A stretch of DNA of 64,000 nucleotides from Candidatus Sulfotelmatobacter sp. (GTDB lineage: Bacteria; Patescibacteriota; Saccharimonadia; Saccharimonadales; UBA4665): assembly GCA_035508275.1 (NCBI GenBank), contig DATJNI010000007.1:60324-124323 (forward strand). Direction: 5' to 3'. Under the pieces are notes generated by a model. The model ran no database searches. It had not been told where the DNA came from and saw only the letters and a list, made by a program, of their open reading frames with translations. Below are positions 18,080 to 27,179 of the stretch, piece after piece; positions within the stretch are counted from its first letter, which is position 1; each line of letters starts with the position of its first letter. The translations under genes and the position numbers were made by a program.

Positions 18080-19539
18080 ACCACGATTTCAGGGATAGAG
18101 AGATCTATGTTACCAAATAAATCTCGATTAGCGTCTCGGGTTAAAGCTATAGGGATGGAGTCCCTAACCTCATCTGACTCTGGGGTAACAAAGTCTGTTC
18201 GACCCATAAGTGGCTCAAATTCTATGCCAAATCTATTGAATGAATCTATAGAGGCTTGATTGACAGTAGCAAATACCACAGTTTCCTTCTTAGGCAGCCT
18301 CTTTTCCAACATTCGGTAAAAAAGTACATATGCTATATCTGCCATTTTTAGATAATGATACGGCTCCGTTCTTTCGCCTATGCGAAAGTTTGTTTCCACG
18401 GCCATGCTTTTAGATACGTCGATGCCACGATCTTTATAGAATTTTCTAAAATCTTTAATTGTAAAATTACCAAGCTTGATTAGTTCGTCTACTGTATAAA
18501 AACCCGTCTCCTTTTTAGTTGAGCCTGCGGACGTAAATTGATTTACGGACGTGTCGTACTGCAGGCCGGTAATGGTAGCGGCATGCACCACTCTTGAACT
18601 CTCTGGCCTAGTGTCGACTAAAGCAAAGAACAAAGTACTATCTTCGTCTTCATCGGAGACATTTTCGACTTCAGGGAAATATGATGCTTCGTATGACCTG
18701 ACGAAGTTTGCATATTTACTATAAGGTCTTATCCAAACGCCCACTATATCTTCGTCTGGGCACTGCACCATTGCTAGCTGCGTAAGCTGACGGTCTAACT
18801 CCGCTAGCTCTTCCTTGCTTAAGTCATACCTGGGGGTATTATCGTTCTTGTCACCAGAAACAAACTTTACGTCTTTTTGTGCTTCGTCTAAGGCTGCCCT
18901 TTCCACTTTAGCTTGCGCCCACTTTTGAAATAATCTGCTAAGGCCAAGAAAAGTTACCACAGATGCTACGACTTCTGGGCTAGTTATGTTGCCAATCCCC
19001 TCTGATATTGCAGCGCCTTCTACCGCACAGACCCCTGCTACCCACGCGGCCGTAAAAAGGCCGTTCCTTCTAGTTTCTTGTCGAGTTCTCTCTGTGTTAT
19101 CTCTTTGACTTAGCGCAAGCGAAACTGGTACACCCAGATATAGAGCTGTTAGCGCCTCCAAACTTTTTGGTACTTGCCAGTTTGGGCCAACGATATTATC
19201 TATCCTGCCATTTAGCCAGTCTATAGACTTTGTTGCCTTGTCAGTTGTCAGCAAATCGCTAGCTGCGATTGCCCCTGCACCCTCAACTAATAGTGTTGAG
19301 CCTCCCAGCACAGCTGCTCCAACGATTGGTTGATTGGTAATAGCCTCTGTTGCAAGTAACATTCCATAACGTGATCCCTCGTTTGTAATTGGCAATAATT
19401 CGAATGCCACAACGGCACCTTCCAGGCTATATTTGGCAGCTTGAAGAGCCTGCCTAAATCTACCTTGTTCTGATACTTGAACAACATCCTCAGGCGATTT
19501 GATCAGTAAATGCGATTCACTGTTATGATCAGTATTCAT
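18076..19539 (-). CDS. membrane protein with C-terminal GNAT/FeeM-like putative N-acyltransferase domain
   Basis: Four or more hydrophobic helices in residues ~40-200. The C-terminal half (FVRSYEASYFPEVENVSDEDEDSTLFFALVD...VVHAATITG) fits the acyl-amino-acid synthase style GNAT pattern. The domain call is tentative. Confidence 0.55.
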   Translation of the reverse strand: MNTDHNSESHLLIKSPEDVVQVSEQGRFRQALQAAKYSLEGAVVAFELLPITNEGSRYGMLLATEAITNQPIVGAAVLGGSTLLVEGAGAIAASDLLTTDKATKSIDWLNGRIDNIVGPNWQVPKSLEALTALYLGVPVSLALSQRDNTERTRQETRRNGLFTAAWVAGVCAVEGAAISEGIGNITSPEVVASVVTFLGLSRLFQKWAQAKVERAALDEAQKDVKFVSGDKNDNTPRYDLSKEELAELDRQLTQLAMVQCPDEDIVGVWIRPYSKYANFVRSYEASYFPEVENVSDEDEDSTLFFALVDTRPESSRVVHAATITGLQYDTSVNQFTSAGSTKKETGFYTVDELIKLGNFTIKDFRKFYKDRGIDVSKSMAVETNFRIGERTEPYHYLKMADIAYVLFYRMLEKRLPKKETVVFATVNQASIDSFNRFGIEFEPLMGRTDFVTPESDEVRDSIPIALTRDANRDLFGNIDLSIPEIVV

Positions 19540-19579
19540 ATGGTTACTCCACTAACTATCTAGGGGATGTCGTGACTTC

Positions 19580-20083
19580 TTATGATGACGAAGGAGAATC
19601 GTCCTTCCAGTCATCGGATTGGTAGACAGCGGCAACTAAAGCGCATACAGGTAAGTGAGTACACGTCCTACCAATAACTTCCATCGAAATATTTCCAAAA
19701 TCTACGTTTCTAGTGGCCATCAAGGCTTCAAGGCTCTGGGTTATATCGCTGCGTACAGCCTTTTCGCTCGCTCCCTCATGCTCAACGAATAGACCTTTAC
19801 CAGTTTTCTTATCCTGTACCCAGCCTATCCCTGCCCACGCCTCTGTGTTGGGCGAATCTACTCTCTCTTCGGCCATTACAACATAGAGACGATCGCCCCA
19901 CTTGCCTGGTAGTTCTTTATCCGCAAGGGGCTTTTGTTTTTTTATAATTTTCGAGCCGCCAGGTATTACGGAACTTAATTTTATTAAGTTATAGTTTGCA
20001 ACACCGGCACTATTCAGTGCAGCATCAAATGCAGCCAACTTTGTTGGGCCTGTTCCGATACCTTTTACGACCTGGATATTCAT
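19580..20083 (-). CDS. pdaD: pyruvoyl-dependent arginine decarboxylase
   Basis: N-terminal GTGPTKLAAFDAALNSAGVANYNLIKLSSVIP carries the Ser-Ser self-cleavage site of the PvlArgDC family; 167 aa. Confidence 0.8.
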   Translation of the reverse strand: MNIQVVKGIGTGPTKLAAFDAALNSAGVANYNLIKLSSVIPGGSKIIKKQKPLADKELPGKWGDRLYVVMAEERVDSPNTEAWAGIGWVQDKKTGKGLFVEHEGASEKAVRSDITQSLEALMATRNVDFGNISMEVIGRTCTHLPVCALVAAVYQSDDWKDDSPSSS

Positions 20084-20241
20084 TGCAGTCCTAATCTGTT
20101 AATATTACACAATTTTTTTGTATTATTACAATACTGAAACAAATAAACACCTAGCCAATAATCTGACCAGGTGTTTAATCTGCTAAAGTACTGGTTGAAT
20201 AATAGCATAAACGTCTTGGAATGTCAATTAGTACTTGTGCT

Positions 20242-20250
20242 TGGTATAAT
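20242..20250 (+). promoter_or_regulatory. extended -10 element TGGTATAAT, 10 nt before the response-regulator ATG
   Basis: TGGTATAAT read directly in the sequence. There is no Shine-Dalgarno between it and ATG 20261, implying a near-leaderless mRNA. Confidence 0.35.
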
Positions 20251-20260
20251 ATCTTTAGCT

Positions 20261-20641
20261 ATGCCTAAAGTACTCATCGTAGAAGACGAAATACAGATAG
20301 CAAAAATGTATCAGCTTAAACTTGAGACATCTGGGTTTGAAGTACAAACTGCTTTTAATGGGGCCGATGGATTGAGGGTTGCGGAGAACTTTAAGCCTGA
20401 GCTAATAATGTTAGATCTTATGATGCCAGTGATGGACGGGGGCGAGATGTTAAAGGCTCTTAGAGCTAAGAAGTGGGGTGCGAACATTAGGGTCATTATT
20501 TTAACCAATATTAGTAGGGATGAGGCCCCTACCAGTATGAGACTACTTAATGTCGACAGATATATTATTAAGGCTCACTATACGCCGTCACAGGTGGTAG
20601 ATATTGTTAATGAAGTATTAAGGACTAAGGCGCCAAGCTAA
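20261..20641 (+). CDS. stand-alone response-regulator receiver (CheY-like)
   Basis: MPKVLIVEDE start, phospho-acceptor context LIMLDLMMPVMDG, conserved LTN and KA. No output domain. I chose ATG 20261 over the upstream GTG of the track ORF. Confidence 0.85.
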   Translation: MPKVLIVEDEIQIAKMYQLKLETSGFEVQTAFNGADGLRVAENFKPELIMLDLMMPVMDGGEMLKALRAKKWGANIRVIILTNISRDEAPTSMRLLNVDRYIIKAHYTPSQVVDIVNEVLRTKAPS

Positions 20642-20669
20642 AAGAGTATACTTTACTATAGGGGTGAAT

Positions 20670-21035
20670 ATGGCCAAGGTAGCAATTATAGAAGACGATC
20701 AGACCATCTCTCAGATGTACCGCTTTAAGTTTGAAGCATTGGGCTTTAATGTTCAGACGGCAGAGAACGGCAGGTTGGGACTTGAGATGGTGGAAAAAGA
20801 TAAACCTGACATGATTTTGCTTGATCTTATGATGCCAGAGATGTCAGGTGATGAAATGCTTGAGAAAATGCGCGCAACTCCTTGGGGTAAAGATATTAAA
20901 GTTATGATACTGACAAACGTCGGGGAGCAAGAGATACCCCCTAAAGTCAAAGAGCTAGGTGTTAGCGGTATTATTCTTAAAGCCGAGATGACACCTCGCC
21001 AAGTTGCTGATCTGGTCAAAAAAGAGCTTGGTTAA
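20670..21035 (+). CDS. stand-alone response-regulator receiver (CheY-like), paralogue of the preceding gene
   Basis: MAKVAIIEDD, MILLDLMMPEMSG, ILTN, LKA. GGGG purine tract 7 nt upstream of ATG 20670. Confidence 0.85.
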   Translation: MAKVAIIEDDQTISQMYRFKFEALGFNVQTAENGRLGLEMVEKDKPDMILLDLMMPEMSGDEMLEKMRATPWGKDIKVMILTNVGEQEIPPKVKELGVSGIILKAEMTPRQVADLVKKELG

Positions 21036-21057
21036 CAATTAATGGCATAATGTAGAT

Positions 21058-22368
21058 ATGAAAATAGCTATTGTAGGCTATGGGCTTGAAGGAAAGTCTT
21101 CTTACGCTTACTTTTCTAAAGATCCAGCCAATGTAATAACTATCTGCGACAAAGATGAATCTATAGATACGCCGGCGGATACCTACAGGCATGTTGGTGA
21201 GGATTATCTTAAGTATTTAGAGGATTTTGATTTAATCGTCCGAACTGCCGGTTTAAATCCTAATCTTATCCTCGACGCCACCCCTGGAGTAGAAGATAAG
21301 ATTACAACTCAATTAAACGAGTTTTTGAGTGTTTGCCCTTCTAAAAATATTATTGGGGTTACTGGGACCAAGGGTAAGGGTACAACCGTAACGCTAATAT
21401 ATAAAATGTTGGTTAAAGCTGGAGTTAAAGCAGTTTTAGGTGGCAATATTGGTATACCTTTTTTAAGCCTTCTTGACGATATCCAAGATGATACTTATGT
21501 GGTGCTGGAGCTATCTAGTTTTCAACTGTGCGATCTTAAGGAAAAGTCGCCACATATTGCAGTCTGTTTAATGGTTGTGCCAGAACATCTTAACTGGCAT
21601 GACAGTGTTGAGGATTACTACAAGGCTAAGTCACAGTTATTTATTCATCAGTCAGCCGAGGATACTGCTATTTGTTATGCGGACAATAAAGCTTCGGTGG
21701 ATATTGCTAGGCAAAGCCCAGGTAAGCTTATTCCCTACTTCAAAGCACCTGGTGCAGAGGTCAAAGATGGCACCATTATTATTGAGTCTAATGAGATATG
21801 CCCGGTATCTGATGTAAAGCTTCTTGGTGAGCACAATCTTCAAAACATCTGTGCAGCCCTCACTAGTGTCTGGCAAGTAAGTCAGGATGTATCCTCTTTC
21901 AGGCAAGTTATTACCTCCTTCACGGGGTTAGAGCATAGGCTTGAATTAGTGCGGGAGGTTGACGGCGTCAAATACTATAACGATTCCTTCGCCTCAAGCC
22001 TTAAAGCAACTGAGGCGGCAGTTGAAGCTATTGAGGGCAAGAAGGTGCTGATAGTTGGAGGATTTGATAGAAAACTTAATATTGATGAATTTGGTGAATA
22101 TGTTGTGAATCACCAAGATGAATTTAGGAAAATATTAGTTATTGGTGAGATTGGGCAGAAGTTAAAGGAACTATTTGATAGGGTAAAGTTTGATAATTAT
22201 GACTACAGTGGCGATTTGAGAGATATGACTCAGATTGTAAAGAGAGCTAAGGAGCTGGCTGCATCTGGGGACAGCGTGGTGCTTTCTCCTGGTTTTGCCA
22301 GTTTTGATATGTTTAAAAACTTTGAGGATAGGGGCAACCAGTTTAAGCAGGCAGTGAGCAGCCTATGA
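21058..22368 (+). CDS. murD: Mur ligase, UDP-N-acetylmuramoyl-L-alanine--glutamate ligase (MurD type; D- or L-Glu specificity unresolved)
   Basis: N-terminal Rossmann-like KIAIVGYGLEG. ATP site GVTGTKGKGTT. LELSSFQL. 436 aa. Confidence 0.85.
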   Translation: MKIAIVGYGLEGKSSYAYFSKDPANVITICDKDESIDTPADTYRHVGEDYLKYLEDFDLIVRTAGLNPNLILDATPGVEDKITTQLNEFLSVCPSKNIIGVTGTKGKGTTVTLIYKMLVKAGVKAVLGGNIGIPFLSLLDDIQDDTYVVLELSSFQLCDLKEKSPHIAVCLMVVPEHLNWHDSVEDYYKAKSQLFIHQSAEDTAICYADNKASVDIARQSPGKLIPYFKAPGAEVKDGTIIIESNEICPVSDVKLLGEHNLQNICAALTSVWQVSQDVSSFRQVITSFTGLEHRLELVREVDGVKYYNDSFASSLKATEAAVEAIEGKKVLIVGGFDRKLNIDEFGEYVVNHQDEFRKILVIGEIGQKLKELFDRVKFDNYDYSGDLRDMTQIVKRAKELAASGDSVVLSPGFASFDMFKNFEDRGNQFKQAVSSL

Positions 22369-23651
22369 GTAAATACACTAGTTTTATATTCAAAGACTAC
22401 CAATTCAGCGAGGAGAGCAAAGAGCTTAACCTAACATACTCATACGACAATACTCTTGTCTTAAAGGAAACTTTTAAGTTCGATTTCGAGTATGCGTCTC
22501 ACGATAAGAAGGCTCTAGATCGAGCCATGCAACTACTTTTTTTTGTAGCTGGAGTTTCTTATTACAAAATGTACCAGGCTAGCCAAATTACAGTTGAAAA
22601 GGGACAGATTTCTAAAGAACTGTCTGAATACCTCAATAAGACATATCTGAAGGGACTGGGAGAATTTTTCTATGTAAACAACCTGGATCCAAATTTTAGT
22701 ATTAACTTCCCTGTTAATGGTTCACTTGGTGAAGTTTTAGAAGTTAGTAATAATTCTGGGAAAATGGTCGGGATTGGCGGAGGTAAGGATTCGCTTGTCA
22801 GTGTGGAGCTTTTACGCCAGCAGGAAGACGTGAGCACCTGGAGCCTAAATCATAGAGACCAGCTGGAGCCACTAGTTAACACTATTGGCCTAAAACATTT
22901 CTGGGTTGATAGAAAACTAGATCCACAAATACTAGAATTAAATGCCCAGGATGCTCTAAACGGTCACATACCAATATCGGCAATTCTTAGCGCTGTAGGA
23001 CTCGCGGTTTGTATTCTGACAGGCAACAGGGATAGTGTTGTGTCCAACGAAAGTTCAGCCAGCGAACCTAGTCTTAACTACCGGGGTGTGGACATAAATC
23101 ACCAGTACTCTAAGTCTATAGAATACGAGAGGTCTTTTCAGAGTGTTATAAAGAATTACTTTGGGGATAGCCTAATGTACTACTCCCTGCTTAGACCATT
23201 AAGTGAGCTTAGGATAGCTGAGATATTTGCGAAAGCTTACTTCGATAAATACGCTGGTGTTTTTAGCTCGTGTAACAGGGCCTTTCGCCACGGTGAGCAT
23301 CATCTTTTTTGGTGTGGAGAGTGCCCTAAGTGCGCGTTTGTTTTTATGGCTTTGACGCCTTTTATGGATAAGGAGAAGTTGGTTAAACTGTGGGGCGGCA
23401 AGAATTTGCTGCTTGATCCTAGCTTAGAGCCAACATATAGACAGCTGCTTGGGATATCCGGGAATAAGCCGCTGGACTGCGTAGGTGAAGTTAAAGAATC
23501 TAGAGCAGCTATGAAGTTCTGTCAGAAGATTTATCCTGAACTCAATAAATATGTTTTTGAAATACCTGAGGATTATGATTTTCGGGCTTGGTCTGAGCAC
23601 GCTATGCCTGAGGAAATATTTAATTTCCTAAAACGGCGACTCAATGCTTGA
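22365..23651 (+). CDS. PP-loop-like (GGGKDS) ATP-utilising protein, candidate MurL-type UDP-MurNAc-L-Ala-L-Glu epimerase
   Basis: ATGA start/stop overlap with murD. MVGIGGGKDSLVS PP-loop-like motif. C-terminal CGECPKCAFVF. The functional assignment is an inference from context. Confidence 0.5.
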   Translation: MSKYTSFIFKDYQFSEESKELNLTYSYDNTLVLKETFKFDFEYASHDKKALDRAMQLLFFVAGVSYYKMYQASQITVEKGQISKELSEYLNKTYLKGLGEFFYVNNLDPNFSINFPVNGSLGEVLEVSNNSGKMVGIGGGKDSLVSVELLRQQEDVSTWSLNHRDQLEPLVNTIGLKHFWVDRKLDPQILELNAQDALNGHIPISAILSAVGLAVCILTGNRDSVVSNESSASEPSLNYRGVDINHQYSKSIEYERSFQSVIKNYFGDSLMYYSLLRPLSELRIAEIFAKAYFDKYAGVFSSCNRAFRHGEHHLFWCGECPKCAFVFMALTPFMDKEKLVKLWGGKNLLLDPSLEPTYRQLLGISGNKPLDCVGEVKESRAAMKFCQKIYPELNKYVFEIPEDYDFRAWSEHAMPEEIFNFLKRRLNA

Positions 23652-24462
23652 TAAAGTTATTGGCTGATCTGATTAGGTTATCAAATAGGGCGCAAACCGT
23701 TAAAGGACCTACCCCTCCCTTGGTTGGTGTAATGGTTAGATCGAGCCTGTTGTCATAGACATCTTCATCAACGTCTCCAACCGTCTTGCCATTTTCACTG
23801 GCAACCCCAGCGTCAACCACAACAGCGTCTTGTTTGATCATGTCGGATTTTATGAGTCCAGGGACACCAGTTGCGGTGATAATAACATCTGCGTTCTTTA
23901 CTTCATCAGCAATGTCTTTGGATTGCCTGGAGAGAACTATTGGGTTTTGGCCAGATGCTTTTAGAGCCTTCTCTAGAGGTGCACCAACTAGCCTTCCCTT
24001 GCCTACTATAACGATGTTTTTGCCATCAAGATTTACGTTGTAGCCTGCTAGCAACCATAGAATTGCTAGTGGTGTAGCGGGATCAAAATCTGTTTTCTTT
24101 GCCAGTCCGTCGACATCTTTGTTGGGTGCGACTAGATCAACTATTTCTTCTGTTCTTTCCTCGTTAGCAATAGGCAATTGAACAATTATTCCATGAATTG
24201 AATCGTCTGAATTAAGTTTTTTTATTAGCTCAGGTACTTCTTCTATTTCCACTCTGAAAAGCTCTACTTCAATTCCTATCTCTTCGCCGTATTTCTTTTT
24301 TAGTCTTAAATATATCTCAATGACAGGGTCATGTATGGTCACGATAATAGCTAGCTTGGGGTTAATGCCGTTAGCTTGTTTTAAAGCTCTAACCTGTTTC
24401 GCTTGGCGTTCTTTAATGTACCCGGATAATTCCAGACCGTTGAGGTATTTCACGTAGTGCAT
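23641..24462 (-). CDS. folD: bifunctional methylenetetrahydrofolate dehydrogenase/cyclohydrolase
   Basis: LAIIVT, IHGIIVQLP, VIVGKGRLVGAPL and GGVGPLTV motifs; 273 aa. Confidence 0.9.
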   Translation of the reverse strand: MHYVKYLNGLELSGYIKERQAKQVRALKQANGINPKLAIIVTIHDPVIEIYLRLKKKYGEEIGIEVELFRVEIEEVPELIKKLNSDDSIHGIIVQLPIANEERTEEIVDLVAPNKDVDGLAKKTDFDPATPLAILWLLAGYNVNLDGKNIVIVGKGRLVGAPLEKALKASGQNPIVLSRQSKDIADEVKNADVIITATGVPGLIKSDMIKQDAVVVDAGVASENGKTVGDVDEDVYDNRLDLTITPTKGGVGPLTVCALFDNLIRSANNFIKH

Positions 24463-24531
24463 TATATCTTATCTGTTACGGCTTGCCAAAACAGAGGTAA
24501 TTTGCTAAAGTTTTTTAGTCCTTATTTCTAA

Positions 24532-24608
24532 GGGCCAGTAGCTCAGCTGGTTAGAGCACCTGCCTCTTAAGCAGGGTGTCGAGGGTTCGAGTCCCTCCTG
24601 GCCCTCCA
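24532..24608 (+). tRNA. tRNA-Lys (anticodon CUU)
   Basis: GGGCCAGTAGCTCAGCTGGTTAGAGCACCTGCCTCTTAAGCAGGGTGTCGAGGGTTCGAGTCCCTCCTGGCCCTCCA. Anticodon loop CTCTTAA, encoded CCA. Confidence 0.92.
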
Positions 24609-24625
24609 AGCATAAGTACTATGAA

Positions 24626-24650
24626 GGACTTCTCAGGAAGTCTTTTTGTT
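24626..24650 (+). terminator. rho-independent terminator after tRNA-Lys
   Basis: GGACTTC-TCAG-GAAGTCT hairpin followed by TTTTTGTT. Confidence 0.6.
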
Positions 24651-24691
24651 TATGCTTGCTATCTTTAAATACTTCAACAATACTTAATTAT

Positions 24692-25207
24692 ATGACTAGG
24701 GTTCTGCCTTCTGGTATAGAAGCAAAGACGGGCTATATGCCAAGTTTTCTTGCAGGACATCTCCCGCAGTCTGAGCGACACTACGTAGAGTTAGCCCATG
24801 AGGTAAACCCTTTTCAGGGCCTGTGTGGTGAACAGTCACGTAACAGCATGTTGGATGCGATGTTTGCACTGGGTGCTGCTTTCCAAAATCCAGAACTTCA
24901 GAGCGACCCATTCTTTAACAGGTTTAAAAGCTGGTTAGCAACATTTGAGTTAAAAGTCACTCGTTGGGAATTAGACATAAATAATCACGAGCAGGAAGTT
25001 TACGAGCCGGTCCTACGTTTCGGTGGCAGTCCGTTGACCGAGCCTTTGGTATATGACCCTAATGATCCAGGGCCAACAACTGAAGTTTTAGGCAGACGAC
25101 TCAGTAGAAATGACTTGGTCGCATTTACTCACTATGTCATGACAAATAGTGGCCCAGAGGGTCCTAATGACCCTAGGTATGCTTTTATAGAATCGATTAA
25201 GTCCTAA
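24692..25207 (+). CDS. hypothetical protein (171 aa)
   Basis: ORF with an in-frame ATG at 24692 (the track ORF begins at an upstream TTG that would overlap the terminator). No motif recognised. Confidence 0.5.
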   Translation: MTRVLPSGIEAKTGYMPSFLAGHLPQSERHYVELAHEVNPFQGLCGEQSRNSMLDAMFALGAAFQNPELQSDPFFNRFKSWLATFELKVTRWELDINNHEQEVYEPVLRFGGSPLTEPLVYDPNDPGPTTEVLGRRLSRNDLVAFTHYVMTNSGPEGPNDPRYAFIESIKS

Positions 25208-25247
25208 TCTCAGTTACGATAACGTCTGGCACTCCCCAAAAGACAGA

Positions 25248-25712
25248 CTATTGGATAATTGTGAATTCGGTTGAACACTGAAAGAATGTTTTAGTATTTG
25301 GGTAGTTCAGGTCGCTGTGGGCATAAACCGATGCATTGTCTGTGCCCGTGGTTGTAACATCAGAGGGAACTGTGTACTTTCCTAGGTTTTTTGTCTTACT
25401 TTCACCTGGTTTAATACCTGTCACGTTAACCTCTTTAAAGTATGTAGTAGGACCATCGTTATTATCTACAAATGAAATAAAGTGAGCACCTATAGTGTAA
25501 TTTCCAGTATTTGTTACTGTAATTGTAGGTGTCATTGATTGGCCTATAGCTAGCGTTGCAGGAACATTGCCTATGGTACAGGTCGCCTGGTATACCTTTT
25601 GCAGATTTGGAGTTGATGCATAACTAGTGGCGGTAATGAGCGCCGCTCCAGTAATGGTAGAAATAGCCATAAAACTAGCGATCATTATTTTATTAGTTAT
25701 AAATTGCTTCAT
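25248..25712 (-). CDS. small secreted protein
   Basis: AAGGAG 7 nt upstream of ATG (complement of 25710-25712). Signal peptide MKQFITNKIMIASFMAISTITGAALITATSYA. Beta-rich mature part. Confidence 0.65.
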   Translation of the reverse strand: MKQFITNKIMIASFMAISTITGAALITATSYASTPNLQKVYQATCTIGNVPATLAIGQSMTPTITVTNTGNYTIGAHFISFVDNNDGPTTYFKEVNVTGIKPGESKTKNLGKYTVPSDVTTTGTDNASVYAHSDLNYPNTKTFFQCSTEFTIIQ

Positions 25713-25836
25713 GAGTAGCTCCTTTTTATATAACTCTATATATATACATTGTTGGGTTGAAATAGTCAAAGCCTATAGAGTTAGTCAGTATTTAGAGCTT
25801 CTGCGTGACCCTACAACCACCTGGTTATTCGTAGAG

Positions 25837-27177
25837 TCAATTTTCAATACCTACTGCAGAAACCGCACCACCAATAATTAATAGTCCTGCAGTAAGAGTT
25901 ATGGCGTCATGAAAACCGCTAAGGGATATACTACGTCCGACAATAACCCCTATTACGGCTATGGCAATAAGACCAGCGATTCTCGAGATAGCGTTATTAA
26001 CAGCCGAGGCAATACCGGAATGACTTTGCTCTATTTTGCCAAGAACAGCTGCGGTTAATGGAGCAACGGTCATCGATAACCCAAGAGAGAAAACTAGTAT
26101 TCCGGGCAACAGTTTGCTTGTGTAGTCTATTGGCAGCGTAACCCGAGATATTAATATGAAGCCGATACCTGCAATTAGTGGGCCTAGGCTCATAAAAAGT
26201 CTTGGGCCATAAATGCCTGCCAATTTGCCAAACTGAGGTGATAGTAAAAACATAATGATAGTAACTGGCAGTAGGGATAGTCCTGCATCAAAAGCTGAAT
26301 AACCGCCCACCTCTTGAAGGAATATAACTATTAAAAAGGTGGCGACGGATAAGCCGCCGTAGATTGCTACAGTTGCTATATTACCGACGGTGAAGTTGCG
26401 TATTTTAAATAAAGATATTGGTAGCATAGCGTTCTTGATTTTTGATTCATAGGTAATGAAAGCAATTAGAAGTAGTACGCCAAGTATAAATGGAAGTAGT
26501 ATTTTCAAGCTGTGCCAGCCGTAATCTGGTTGCTCTATTAACGCAAAGACTGTTCCAAGGAGCCCTAAGCTACATAGAAGTGCCCCTATGCCGTCAAGAC
26601 GAGTTCTAGTTCTTTTCTCACTCAGTTCTACTTTAGTCAGTAGCCAGAGACAAAGAATTATTGGAATAACATTTATTGCGAAAATTAGTCTCCAGGTAAA
26701 ATCGTCGACTAGAAAACCACCAAGTAGAGGACCAATAATAAAGGCGATGCCGGTCCAAGCTGTCCAAGTACCGATAGCTTTACTTTTTGCTGCGCCTTCA
26801 AAATTAGAGATAATTATTGCGAGAGAACTTGGTACCAGTAATGCTCCACCTGCTCCTTGAAGAGCACGGGCAATAATTAAAAATGTGTGAGTAGGAGCAA
26901 GTGCGCAAAGTATGGAAGCTAGACCGAAAATTAGAAGTCCAATAGCTAATATTTTCTTACGACCAAAAATGTCAGATAATGAGCCGGCAAGTAGAATTAA
27001 TGAGCCAAGCGTCAGAAGATAGGCATCTACAATCCACTGTTGTACTGCTAGTCCGCCACCAAGGTGACGTGTAATTGAGGGCAGAGCTACATTAACTACC
27101 GAACCATCCAGAAATGCAACGAATGATGCAAGGATACTAATTACTAGGATAAGTCTTAACTTACGATCCATAGCCAT
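25837..27177 (-). CDS. MFS transporter, DHA2 (EmrB/QacA-like) type
   Basis: LDGSVVNVALPSI, GSLSDIFGRKK and about 13-14 hydrophobic helices; 446 aa. Confidence 0.85.
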   Translation of the reverse strand: MAMDRKLRLILVISILASFVAFLDGSVVNVALPSITRHLGGGLAVQQWIVDAYLLTLGSLILLAGSLSDIFGRKKILAIGLLIFGLASILCALAPTHTFLIIARALQGAGGALLVPSSLAIIISNFEGAAKSKAIGTWTAWTGIAFIIGPLLGGFLVDDFTWRLIFAINVIPIILCLWLLTKVELSEKRTRTRLDGIGALLCSLGLLGTVFALIEQPDYGWHSLKILLPFILGVLLLIAFITYESKIKNAMLPISLFKIRNFTVGNIATVAIYGGLSVATFLIVIFLQEVGGYSAFDAGLSLLPVTIIMFLLSPQFGKLAGIYGPRLFMSLGPLIAGIGFILISRVTLPIDYTSKLLPGILVFSLGLSMTVAPLTAAVLGKIEQSHSGIASAVNNAISRIAGLIAIAVIGVIVGRSISLSGFHDAITLTAGLLIIGGAVSAVGIEN

Positions 27178-27179
27178 AA

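Noticed and set aside
19287-19487. 66-aa ORF nested inside 18076-19539 on the same strand
   Set aside because: It is an alternative frame within a longer ORF that has coherent TM topology.
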